Shown here: positions 12,577 to 23,208 of the stretch, piece by piece
How the letters are laid out: every line of letters begins with the position of its first letter
How positions within the stretch are numbered: position 1 is the first letter of the stretch
NCBI GenBank assembly: GCA_964016885.1
Contig: OZ024761.1
Location: forward strand, 5,022,001 to 5,086,000
Length of the DNA stretch: 64,000 nucleotides
Origin: Eledone cirrhosa
Lineage: Eukaryota
Direction of reading: 5' to 3'
Notes under the pieces: generated by a model
What the model saw: the letters and a program-made list of their open reading frames with translations, nothing else
Database searches by the model: none
What the model was told of the DNA's origin: nothing
Made by a program: the position numbers and the translations under genes

Positions 12577-12667
12577 TAGATAGATTAAGAGGGACGGGGC
12601 TGTGTGGTTACTGATAATGAGTGTTAGAAAGTAAAAGAAACATGAACAAGAGATAGACATTTTCCTT

Positions 12668-12732
12668 TCATCAGTTGTCTACTACGGATCACAGATGTTT
12701 CAGCATATTATAGACAATACATCTATCCGTAG
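12668..12732 (-). ncRNA. Permuted, pseudoknotted hammerhead-like motif with k-turn, copy 1
   Basis: Minus strand CTACGG-ATA-GATGT-A-TTGTCTA-TAATATGCT-GAA-ACATC-TGTGAT-CCGTAG-TAGACAA-CTGATGA. Confidence 0.7.
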
Positions 12733-12774
12733 CGCGCCCATAACTTATTATCAAAATGTTATATATATTTATAT

Positions 12775-13112
12775 GGAGGCACATGGCTTAGTGGTTAGCG
12801 CATTGGGCTTGCAATCGAAAGGTTGTGAGTTCAATTCTCAGACCGGGTGATGTGTTGTTTCCTTGAGCAAGACACTTTATTTCACATTGCTCCAGTTTAC
12901 TCAGCTGTAGAAATGAGATGATAGGGACGGGGGTCCCTATCATTCCACTGCAAAGTGGTCGTGGAGGTGCCACGGCAAAAAAGCACCCAGCACTCACTGT
13001 AAAAATGAGGTTGGTGTTAGGAAGGGCATCCAGCTGTAGAAATCAAGCCAGAATCAGTTCCCGTCCCACCCTTGCAAGCAGGGAAAAAGCGGACGTAAAA
13101 TGAAATGATGAA
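12775..13112 (+). mobile_element. tRNA-derived SINE with CORE/Meta-like central domain and RTE-like 3' tail
   Basis: A box TGGCTTAGTGG, B box GAGTTCAATTC, CCTTGAGCAAGACACTTT..CTCAGCTGTAGAAATGAG, GAT-repeat tail; near-identical copies at 36161 and 62391. Confidence 0.88.
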
Positions 13113-13164
13113 ATGAATATATATGTATGTATGTTGATGTGCATGTATTTTTATTTTATTTTAG

Positions 13165-13323
13165 CTGTTGAAATATATCCATCAGACTTTTCACTGGTGG
13201 AATACCTAAAAGACAAGAAGCTCATCCCTGCAGGAGTGTCATGGAAGGAATTAAACATCTTTCTCCTAGTTGGGGGTATCAGAGCTGTCAAAGACCCCCT
13301 CTATCTTACAAATATATTCTCAG
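13165..13323 (+). CDS. GLT1D1: GLT1D1-like glycosyltransferase, internal exon (upstream exons not located)
   Basis: tttag|CT...TCAG|gtttg; encodes ...NIFLLVGGIRAVKDPLYLTNIFS, matching the recalled GLT1D1 motif FLLxxGxRxVKDPLYL; phase fits the next exon. Confidence 0.85.
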
Positions 13324-13379
13324 GTTTGTTTCATATCTTCTTCTTTCACTATTGTCACATTTTAACATATCACTAACAT

Positions 13380-13918
13380 TGTAGTGTAGTGTTGTTGGTA
13401 GTGTAGTGGTGTTGGGGGTAGTGTAGTGGTGGTGGTAGTATAGTGGTGGTGTAGTGGTGTTGGTGGTGGTAGTATAGTGGTGGTGGTGGTAGTATAGTGG
13501 TGGTGGTGGTGGTAGTGTAGTGGTGGTGGTTGTAGTATAGTGGTGTTGGTTGTAGTGTAGTGATGGTGTGGTGGTGGTAGTGTAGTGGTGTTGGTGGTAG
13601 TGTAATGGTGTTGGTGGTAGTGTAGTGCTGGTGGTGTAGTGGCGAAGTTGTGTGATGTAGTGGTGGTGGTGGTAGTATAGTGGTGTTGGTGGTAGTGTAG
13701 TGTAGTGGTGCTGGTAGTAATGTATTGGTGGTGGTGTGGTGGTGGTATAGTGATGTTTGTAGTGGTGGTAGTGGTGGTGGTGGTAGTGATGGTGGGGTGG
13801 GATGTAGTGTAGGAGAGATGATATAGTGCTGGGGAGGTGATGGTGGCGGTCGGGTGTAGTGTAGAGGAGGTGATGTGGTGTAGGGGAGGTGATAGAGGTG
13901 GTGGTAGTGTAGGGGAGG
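13380..13918. repeat. GGT/AGT low-complexity repeat
   Basis: Degenerate (GGT)n and GTAGT runs. Confidence 0.9.
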
Positions 13919-14018
13919 ATGTCTGCTCTGCTGGAATGTTACATGGATGACAGATTTAGTGTTTTCACACTTCTACAAAACAATAAAATAAAACTAAGGA
14001 ATTGTTTTCTGTTTACAG

Positions 14019-14068
14019 AATGGAACAGAGAACACAAGACATGTCTGTTTGTCATTATTGGACCTAAG
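14019..14068 (+). CDS. GLT1D1: GLT1D1-like exon (EWNREHKTCLFVIIGPK)
   Basis: ttacag|AA...AAG|gtgagt, 50 nt, phase-consistent. Confidence 0.85.
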
Positions 14069-15802
14069 GTGAGTAGAAGACATCTGTTTAATCTGTCTTA
14101 GCACCATTTAATCTTTAACCTAAGGTGGGTAGAAGACATCTGTTTAATCTGGCTTAGCACCATTTAATCTTTAACCTAAGGTGGGTAGAAGACATCTGTT
14201 TAATCTGTCTTAGCACCATTTAATCTTTAACCTAAGGTGGGTAGAAGACAGCTGTTTAATCTGTCTTAGCACCATTTTATCTTCAACCTAAGGTGGGTAG
14301 AAGACAGCTGTTTAATCTGTCTTAGCACCATTTAATCTTTAACCTAAGGTGGGTAGAAGACAGCTGTTTAATCTGTCTTAGCACCATTTTATCTTCAACC
14401 TAAGGTGGGTAGAAGACAGCTGTTTAATCTGTCTTAGCACCATTTTATCTTCAACCTAAGGTGGGTAGAAGACAGCTGTTTAATCTGTCTTAGCACCATT
14501 TTATCTTCAACCTAAGGTGGGTAGAAGACAGCTGTTTAATCTGTCTTAGCACCATTTTATCTTCAACCTAAGGTGGGTAGAAGACAGCTGTTTAATCTGT
14601 CTTAGCACCATTTTATCTTCAACCTAAGGTGGGTAGAAGACAGCTGTTTAATCTGTCTTAGCACCATTTAATCTTTAACCTAAGGTGGGTAGAAGACAGC
14701 TGTTTAATCTGTCTTAGCACCATTTTATCTTCAACCTAAGGTGGGTAGAAGACAGCTGTTTAATCTGTCTTAGCACCATTTTATCTTCAACCTAAGGTGG
14801 GTAGAAGACAGCTGTTTAATCTGTCTTAGCACCATTTTATCTTCAACCTAAGGTGGGTAGAAGACAGCTGTTTAATCTGTCTTAGCACCATTTTATCTTC
14901 AACCTAAGGTGGGTAGAAGACAGCTGTTTAATCTGTCTTAGCACCATTTAATCTTTAACCTAAGGTGGGTAGAAGACAGCTGTTTAATCTGTCTTAGCAC
15001 CATTTTATCTTCAACCTAAGGTGGGTAGAAGACATCTGTTTAATCTGTCTTAGCACCATTTAATCTTTAACCTAAGGTGGGTAGAAGACAGCTGTTTAAT
15101 CTGTCTTAGCACCATTTTATCTTCAACCTAAGGTGGGTAGAAGACAGCTGTTTAATCTGTCTTAGCACCATTTTATCTTCAACCTAAGGTGGGTAGAAGA
15201 CAGCTGTTTAATCTGTCTTAGCACCATTTTATCTTCAACCTAAGGTGGGTAGAAGACAGCTGTTTAATCTGTCTTAGCACCATTTAATCTTTAACCTAAG
15301 GTGGGTAGAAGACAGCTGTTTAATCTGTCTTAGCACCATTTTATCTTCAACCTAAGGTGGGTAGAAGACATCTGTTTAATCTGTCTTAGCACCATTTAAT
15401 CTTTAACCTAAGGTGGGTAGAAGACAGCTGTTTAATCTGTCTTAGCACCATTTTATCTTCAACCTAAGGTGGGTAGAAGACAGCTGTTTAATCTGTCTTA
15501 GCACCATTTTATCTTCAACCTAAGGTGGGTAGAAGACAGCTGTTTAATCTGTCTTAGCACCATTTTATCTTCAACCTAATGTGGGTAGAAGACAGCTGTT
15601 TAATCTGTCTTAGCACCATTTTATCTTCAACCTAAGGTGGGTAGAAGACATCTGTTTAATCTGTCTTAGCACCATTTAATCTTTAACCTAAGGTGGGTAG
15701 AAGACAGCTGTTTAATCTGTCTTAGCACCATTTTATCTTCAACCTAAGGTGGGTAGAAGACAGCTGTTTAATCTGTCTTAGCACCATTTTATCTATAACC
15801 TA
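14063..15802 (+). repeat. 56-bp minisatellite, 31 copies, starting at an exon donor junction
   Basis: Unit CCTAAGGTGGGTAGAAGACAGCTGTTTAATCTGTCTTAGCACCATTTTATCTTCAA; unit starts at 14063, 14119 ... 15743. Confidence 0.95.
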
Positions 15803-15856
15803 TGTAAGTATGTAGGTATACGTACATACATATATGTATACAGACGTACAGTAGCA

Positions 15857-15892
<36 letters not shown>

Positions 15893-15926
15893 CATACTGA
15901 TACGTACATATATGTATGTGTACCTG

Positions 15927-15962
<36 letters not shown>

Positions 15963-16293
15963 TGCTACTGTACGTCTGTATACATATATGTATGTACGTA
16001 TACATACATACTTACATATATATATATATATATATATATATAACTAACAAATAGTTTATTACTCTACATGGCTGAATACAAGAAATGTAAATCTGAGTTT
16101 TTCTAATATTAATAAGCAGTATACGATACTGATGAAACATTAGTATCTGCAGTTCTGTTTACATGCCAACACAAGAGCAAGAATGAGGAGTTCATTCTAC
16201 TGATATGGCTTAAAGAGGCTACTTGCATAATTGAAAACGAATCGAATATTATTATTAATATTTGAAAAACTCAAATTACATTTATATATATAT

Positions 16294-16680
16294 ATCATCA
16301 TTTTTCGTCCACTTTTCCCTGCTTGCAAGGGTGGGAAGGGTCTTATTCAGCACAGCATCTCTCCATTCGTCACGGTCCTTTGTCATCTCCTCCGTGAGCT
16401 TCAGCGATCTGAGGTCAGCTCTCACCACCTCCACCCATGATTTTCATGGTCTACCTCTACTGTGTCTTCCTTCCACTAGCATTTCTTGGCACTTCTTTAC
16501 CCAGCGGTCATCCTCCATGTGCATCACATGTCCATACCATCTCAGTCTTCTCTCCCGCACACTACAGTGTATCCCTCTTATACACAGTTTCTCTCTCAAC
16601 TTGTCTATGCTTGGTCGTTCACGCACATTGACATTACACACCTATTGGAGCATGCTTGCTTCATTTCTCTCCAGCTGTGA
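16294..16680 (-). mobile_element. RTE LINE 3' end fragment
   Basis: RERRLRWYGHVMHMEDDRWVKKC..GRP followed by GAT tail; related pieces at 17502-17718 and 36745-36925. Confidence 0.8.
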
Positions 16681-16841
16681 ATGAGGTTGGTGCTAGGAAG
16701 GGCATCCTGTTGAAGGAACCAAGCCAAAATCAGTTCTGTATGTGCAAGACATGGTCACCTGACCTAGGATTGCTCACAACAGGACAACCTGTCTAACCCA
16801 TGCTAGCGTGGACAAATTGACATAAAATGGTGATGATGATG

Positions 16842-16874
<33 letters not shown>

Positions 16875-17806
16875 TTCATTTTATATGACTAAATAGTGAG
16901 TCTTGTTACCCTGGAACTTCACCTGTTTCTCACAGGGTCGTCATAATGTTCACATAAGCCAGATTCCTATCCCTAAACTGAAGGGCTATGGAAAGGATCA
17001 GTTGTTATGTAATATGTGGTAGCCTACAGGTTGAAGTGTCTGGAAGTAAGACAAAGTAACATTACGTTACGACAAATGTGATGTGGATGACCCCCAGACT
17101 GCAGTCAAGCGAGCACACACATCTTCTTCTTTTCAGGTCCGTAAATGAGCAAACAGCTGTTTCCCCTCAGGTGTGAAACTTCAGAGCTGTAGCTATCTTC
17201 ATTAGCATGATGAAAGTTAGGTCTGGAGAAATTGTGGAGATGATAGAGAGATGTGTAGTTCTATGTTGTGTACAATAAGTAAAATGGAATATAGCTTCTA
17301 CCAGACTTATCAGAAGCCATGGAACATAGGTAGAAGCTCTTCTGGGTAGCAGTAAAGGTGTAGAAGGTGTAGGTATATAACTAGTAGAGAGATGGGCAGA
17401 TAACTGAGGTAGTCAAAGTGGGTAATAGGATAAACTTTGACTAGAATTGGGAATATAAAAGGTACTACAGTGTCTGCAGCACAAGTTGGGCTTCAGAAGT
17501 ATCATCATCATCACCACCATTTTACATCCGCTTTTTCCTGCTTGCAAGGACGGCTCTTATTCAGCAGAGCATCTCTCCACTTGTCACCGTCCTTCATCAT
17601 CTCCTCCGTGAGTTTCAGCGATCTGAGGTCTGCTCTCACCACCTCCGCCCATGTTTTTCGTGGTCTTCCTCTACTGCGTCTTCCTTCTACTGGGATTTCT
17701 TGGCACTTCTTTACCCAGTAAAGTATCTGGAACCAAATTCTGACATGCCCTTCCCACCATCTTCAGGTTATCCTAATGTTTTAATGTCTCACATCATTTC
17801 TTATAG

Positions 17807-17850
17807 GTAGAAGATTCTTATTATGATGTCTTCCTCAAAAAAATCAAAAT
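17807..17850 (+). CDS. GLT1D1: GLT1D1-like exon (VEDSYYDVFLKKIK)
   Basis: ttatag|GTA...AAAT|gtaagt; 44 nt bridges phase 0 to phase 2 exactly, at the expected position. Confidence 0.78.
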
Positions 17851-17902
17851 GTAAGTTATTCACTTTTATCTCTTCCTGATTTTTTCTCTTGTGAGTTTCT
17901 TA

Positions 17903-18682
17903 CAACCATCACCACCATTACCACCACTACCACTACTACTACCACTACCACCACCACCACCACCAATACCATCACTACCACCACCACCATCACCACCACC
18001 ACCAATACCACCACTACCATCATCACCACCACCAATACCACCGCTACCATCACCACCACTACCATCATCACCACCACCAATACCACCGCTACCATCACCA
18101 CCACTACCTCTACTATCACCACCACCACCACCACCAATACCAACACTACCATCACCACCACTACCAATACCACTACTACCACCACCACCAATACCATAGC
18201 CACCATCACCACCAATACCACCGCTACCATCACCACCACCAATACCACCGCTACCATCACCACCACCACCACTACCTCTACTATCACCACCACCACCAAT
18301 ACCAACACTACCATCACCACCACTACCAATACCACTACTACCACCACCACCAATACCATAGCCACCATCACCACCACCACCAATACCACCACTACCATCA
18401 CCACCACCAATACCACTGCCACCATCACCACCACCACCAATACCACCGCTACCATCACCACCATCACCACCATCACCAATACCACTGCTACCACCACTAC
18501 CATCACCACCACCACCACTACCATCACCACCACTACCACTACTACCACCACCACCAATACCACTACTACCATCCCCACCACCACTAATACCACCGCTACC
18601 ATCACCAATACCACCACTACCACTATTACCTTCACCACTACCACCACCACCACCACCACCATCACCACCACCAATACCACTG
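17903..18682. repeat. (ACC/ACT)n trinucleotide low-complexity tract
   Basis: Degenerate ACC repeats; similar tracts at 20228-20675 and 40570-41022. Confidence 0.95.
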
Positions 18683-18849
18683 CTAGAGGAGTAGTTTGAC
18701 TACCTCATACTACTCCTCTCTCTTTACCTCTGCTGCCTGTGTGAATGTATGTGTGTGTGTGTGTGTGTATGTTTGTGTGACTGTATGTGTGTGTAAAAGG
18801 AAGGAAGAGGAAGCATGTCTGTGTTTGCATGTTTATATTTATATACTTG

Positions 18850-19385
18850 AGAGAGAGACTGAGCATAAGAGGAATCAAATGCTGTGTGCAGGAGAGGAGG
18901 TTGCGTTGGTATGGACATGTGATGCGTATGAAGGATGACAGCTGCATAAAACGATGCAGAGCACTAAAAGTCGATGGAAGCCGCGGAGTGGGGAGACCCA
19001 AGAAGACCTGGGATGAGGTGATAATGGCCGACCTTACCCAATTGTACCTCTCAAAGGTGATGACACAGGACCGTGACCTCTGGCGTCACGCAGTAATACA
19101 GAAGACCCAACTTCCCATGGGTACAAACCGAAGCTGAAGCATATAGACAATATGCCTCCACCCCTTGCAAAGTGGTCGTAGAGGTGCCACGGCAAAAAAG
19201 CACCCAGCACTCACTGTAAATGAGGTTGGTGTTAGGAAGGGCATCCAGCTGTAGAAATCAAGCCAGAATCAGTTCCCGTATGAGCAAGTCAAGGTCAGCC
19301 GACCGGACACTACCCACAACAGGACAACCCGTCTAACCCATGCTAGCATGGAAGAACAGCCGTAAAATGGTGATGATGATGATGA
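18850..19385 (+). mobile_element. RTE LINE 3' end with shared SINE-type tail
   Basis: ERRLRWYGHVMRMKDDSCIKRC..GRPKKTW followed by GGAAGGGCATCCAGC...CCCATGCTAGCATGG-(GAT)n. Confidence 0.8.
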
Positions 19386-19440
19386 CTCATACATATAAAT
19401 GTATGCATATGCACATACACACACATACACACATACATAT

Positions 19441-20135
19441 CACCTGTATCTGTATATTGTAGGTTACCTAGTGTAGTCTACATCAAAGCCCTTCCCCTCC
19501 CAGCCACACCTGTACACCTCACCTGTATCTTTATATTGTAGGTTACCTGGTGTAGTCTACATCAAAGCCCTGCCCCTCCCAGCCACACCTGTACACCTCA
19601 CCTGTATCTCTATATTGTAGGTTACCTGGTGTAGTCTACATCAAAGCCCTTCCCCTCCCAGCCACACCTGTACACCTCACCTGTATCTCTACATTGTAGG
19701 TTACCTGGTGTAGTCTACATCAAAGCCCTGCCCCTCCCAGCCACACCTGTACACCTCACCTGTATCTCTATATTGTAGGTTACCTGGTGTAGTCTACATC
19801 AAAGCCCTGCCCCTCCCAGCCACACCTGTACACCTCACCTGTATCTGTATATTGTAGGTTACCTGGTGTAGTCTACATCAAAGCCCTGCCCCTCCCAGCC
19901 ACACCTGTATACCTCACCTGTATCTGTATATTGTAGGTTACCTGGTGTAGTCTACATCAAAGCCCTGCCCCTCCCAGCCACACCTGTACACCTCACCTGT
20001 ATCTCTATATTGTAGGTTACCTGGTGTAGTCTACATCAAAGCCCTGCCCCTCCCAGCCACACCTGTACACCTCACATGTATCTCTATATTGTAGGTTACC
20101 TGGTGTAGTCTACATCAAAGCCCTGCCCCTCCCAG
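19441..20135 (+). repeat. 79-bp minisatellite (~9 copies) containing a splice acceptor and the first ~40 nt of an exon
   Basis: TTGTAG|GTTACCTGGTG... recurs from 19463 to 20095 in steps of 79. Confidence 0.95.
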
Positions 20136-20215
20136 ACACCCATGCTGCTATACAACAGAGTTTTGTATTGGTCAACTCATCCATCAGTGAAGGAATGTCC
20201 ACAGCAATTCTGGAG
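20095..20215 (+). CDS. GLT1D1: GLT1D1-like exon (LPGVVYIKALPLPDTHAAIQQSFVLVNSSISEGMSTAILE)
   Basis: GT-B/GT4 motif NSSxSEGMSxAILEA; ttgtag|G...GAG|gtaaga, 121 nt. Confidence 0.92.
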
Positions 20216-20480
20216 GTAAGACACTTTACTACCACTACTACCACCACTACTATTACCACCACCACTACTACTACTGCTACAATTACTACTACTACTACTA
20301 CTGCTACTACTACTACTACAATTACTACTACTACTACTACTGCTGCTACCACTACCATAACTACTACTACCACTGCTGCTGCTGCTGCAGCTACTACTAC
20401 TACAATTGCTACTACTACTACTGTCGCTGCTGCTGTTACTACTATAACTACTACTGCTACCACCACCACTGCTGCTGCTG

Positions 20481-20515
<35 letters not shown>

Positions 20516-21191
20516 TCTACCACCACTACTACTACTTCTACCACCACCACTACTACTATCACCACCACCACTACTACTATCACCACCACCACTACTACTA
20601 TCACCAACACCACCACTACTACTACTACTAGTACTACTACCACTGCTACTACTACTACCATTACTATCACCATCACACACTCTTTCTTTCCAACATGTAA
20701 TATTTTGTGAATGTTCCTTATTTCAGTGGAATGGGCCTCAGTCAGTTTCTACGATGATTGTTCCAGTTGTTTGACTAGTACATATCTTAACAATATAGGA
20801 ACATTCAGCACAACAGAGTGACAAGGCTGGCCTTTTTTAATTCCATTGATAAGGCTTCCAAATGGTCTCTGTCAACCAAATTTCACTCATTCACCAAGGA
20901 TTAGGTTGACTAAAGGCTTAGGTTGACCAGAGGTTTAGGTTGACCAGAGGTTTAGGTTAGGTTGACCAGAGGTTTAGGTTGACCAGATGCTTAGGTTAAG
21001 TTGACCAGAGGCTTAGGTTGACCAGAGACCTAGGTTGACCAGAGGCTATGGTAATGACACTTGCCCAAGATGTCATGCTTATACTGTGGCACTCTGAGCC
21101 ATATAATTCTGATGCAAACTTCGTAAATTATTTAATAAATACTGGAAACATCTAATAAATTCTTTATTTCTTTTATTTTCATTTTGTTATT

Positions 21192-21495
21192 CAAAATCGA
21201 AACAACAATTTAAAATCAAAACACCAATTTAAAATCAAAACACCAATTTAAAATCACAACACCAATTTAAAATCAAAACACCAATTTAAAATCGAAATAC
21301 CAATTTAAAATCAAAACACCAATTTAAAATCAAAACACCAATTTAAAATCGAAATACCAATTTAAAATCAAAATACCAATTTAAAATCAAAACACCAATT
21401 TAAAATCAAAACACCAATTTAAAATCGAAATACCAATTTAAAATCAAAACACTAATTTAAAATCTAAACACCAATTTAAAATCCAAGCACCAATT
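21192..21495. repeat. 19-bp minisatellite abutting an acceptor
   Basis: CAATTTAAAATCAAAACAC, about 15 copies. Confidence 0.9.
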
Positions 21496-21510
21496 TTTTT
21501 TCTATTTAAG

Positions 21511-21609
21511 GCAATGCATCTTGGCACCCCAGTCATTGCTCGCAATATTCCTGGTAATTCTGCCATTCTCCAAGATGGTAAATCTGCTCTTCTCTATAAT
21601 ACACCTCAG
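21511..21609 (+). CDS. GLT1D1: GLT1D1-like exon (AMHLGTPVIARNIPGNSAILQDGKSALLYNTPQ)
   Basis: tttaag|GCA...CAG|gtcagt, 99 nt; PVxARNIPGN motif. Confidence 0.92.
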
Positions 21610-21960
21610 GTCAGTATTGCTTTTGCTTTACTATTTATTATCACTGTATAGAGTGGGAATCAGCAGATTCTTTAGGGGTGGGATAAATAAAACATGCCTC
21701 TGTATTTGTTCCGACTTATTCCTGAGTTCAAATCCTGCTGAGGTGTTTTTCACCATCTTTTCAAAGTTGATAAAGTTCTAGTCCAGCATTAGGATAAATT
21801 CTTCCTCTGTATTTCTTTCTTTCTCTCTGGAAGAAATTGGCTGTGTTCTGACCTGTAGAGGGATAAGCTTCGCTAGGTTTAAAATACCCCAGAGAGACAC
21901 CATCTGTTAGAATGGTGATCCCATGACTCGATCAGAGGTAAAGGGCCTTTTTCCTACCTA

Positions 21961-22128
21961 CCGTATTTCCCAGCGCTGAAGATGCTTCATCCTCGAGGGC
22001 CTAACCCTAATTTTAACAACAAAAATTTTTTTTAAAATAATACACAACCTTTGGCCTCCAGGACGCATGGTAGATTTTTTAGACTTATTTTATGAAAAAA
22101 ATAGCATCTTCAACACCAGGAAATACGG
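21961..22128. mobile_element. pogo/Tigger-like MITE
   Basis: TA-CCGTATTTCCCAGCGCTGAAGATGC ... GCATCTTCAACACCAGGAAATACGG-TA; imperfect 25-bp TIRs with TA TSD. Confidence 0.75.
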
Positions 22129-22886
22129 TATATATATATATATATATATTATTGGAGCATATAAGTATGTCAGGTTCCTTTGGTCACAAATGCCCATGGG
22201 ATTTGTGACTTGGAAAGTTCCCCTTCGAGGCACAAGTCTGAGAAAGGTTGATTATGGAAGATCAGCAGTCTACCCTCTCCGCAACACCAATGTTGTGCAA
22301 GGGAAAGGCGAAGTCCAATACTGCTTGGCACCAGTGATGTCGCAACTCATTTCTACAGTGAACTGGTGGAGCAACATGAAAAATTAAAGTGTCTTGCTCA
22401 AGGACACAACACATTGCCCAGGAATCGAACTCACAACCTTACAATTGTGATTCTGATTCTCTAAGCACTAAGCCAGGTGTCTTCACCAGCAGTATATCAC
22501 CATTATCACCACTATCACCATCATCATCATCTGTTTTCCCTGCTGACAAGTTGGGTGAATCATCACCAGCCATGTCAGCAGTCAGTCTTACTGTGTCACA
22601 GAGTACATCTCACATAGCTGCACTCTATAGAGTGCACCAGGTGCACTTTATGACACTAGCACTAGAGAGGTCATCGTGTCTTTGACACGGATGAAGAGTC
22701 CTCCCCGTGTACCTATTCTAAACTGGATAGACGCACAGAGAGGGGGGGGGGGATAGATAGAGGGCGAGAGAGTGTGTGTGTGAGAGGGAGAGTGAGAGAG
22801 TGTGTGTGTGAGAGGGAGAGAGAGTGTGAGTGTGAGAGAGATAGTGTGTGTGTGTGTGTGAGAGAGAGAGTGTGTGTAGGAGAGTG

Positions 22887-22929
<43 letters not shown>

Positions 22930-22992
22930 TATGATGAAAACAATAACTGAATTACTCAGAGAGTCTAACATTTACTATTCTTGTTGTTTCAG

Positions 22993-23208
22993 GAATTCTT
23001 GGAGAAAGCCAAATTGTTATTAAAAGACACATCTTTATACAACGAAATTGTGACAGCAGCAACACAGAGCATTGTGGCATGTCATAGTCTAGAGAAAGAA
23101 CAAACAGCCTACACCACAATAGTACACCACCTGACAACAGACAGCCTACACCACAACAGTACACCACCTGACAACAGACAGCCTACACCACAACAGTACA
23201 CCATCTGA
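22993..23208 (+). CDS. GLT1D1: GLT1D1-like last coding exon (EFLEKAKLLLKDTSLYNEIV...HSLEKEQTAYTTIVHHL plus repeat-derived tail)
   Basis: tttcag|GAA; EF..AK.L..D..L..EIV...HS...E...Y pattern of the GLT1D1 C-terminus. The stop lies inside the minisatellite. Confidence 0.85.
   Translation, partial: EFLEKAKLLLKDTSLYNEIVTAATQSIVACHSLEKEQTAYTTIVHHLTTDSLHHNSTPPDNRQPTPQQYTI

Noticed and set aside
12775-12850. tRNA gene-like A/B boxes
   Set aside because: Head of a multi-copy SINE; no complete cloverleaf.
14063-15802. CRISPR-like regular arrays (also 58355-61362 and others)
   Set aside because: Units are contiguous with no unique spacers, there are no cas genes, and the context is eukaryotic.
16125-16147. 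CTGATGAAAC inside a 10-bp hairpin
   Set aside because: No room for stem II and no stem I or III partners; a chance hairpin.
16936-17140. Possible extra GLT1D1 exon in complex intronic sequence
   Set aside because: Not needed, because 14068 to 17807 to 20095 already joins in frame with expected spacing; no recognisable peptide.
17856-20710. Poly-V, poly-P, poly-T and poly-S ORFs (also 40532-41063)
   Set aside because: Trinucleotide repeats in introns; ORF 20168-20710 is exon read-through past the donor at 20215.
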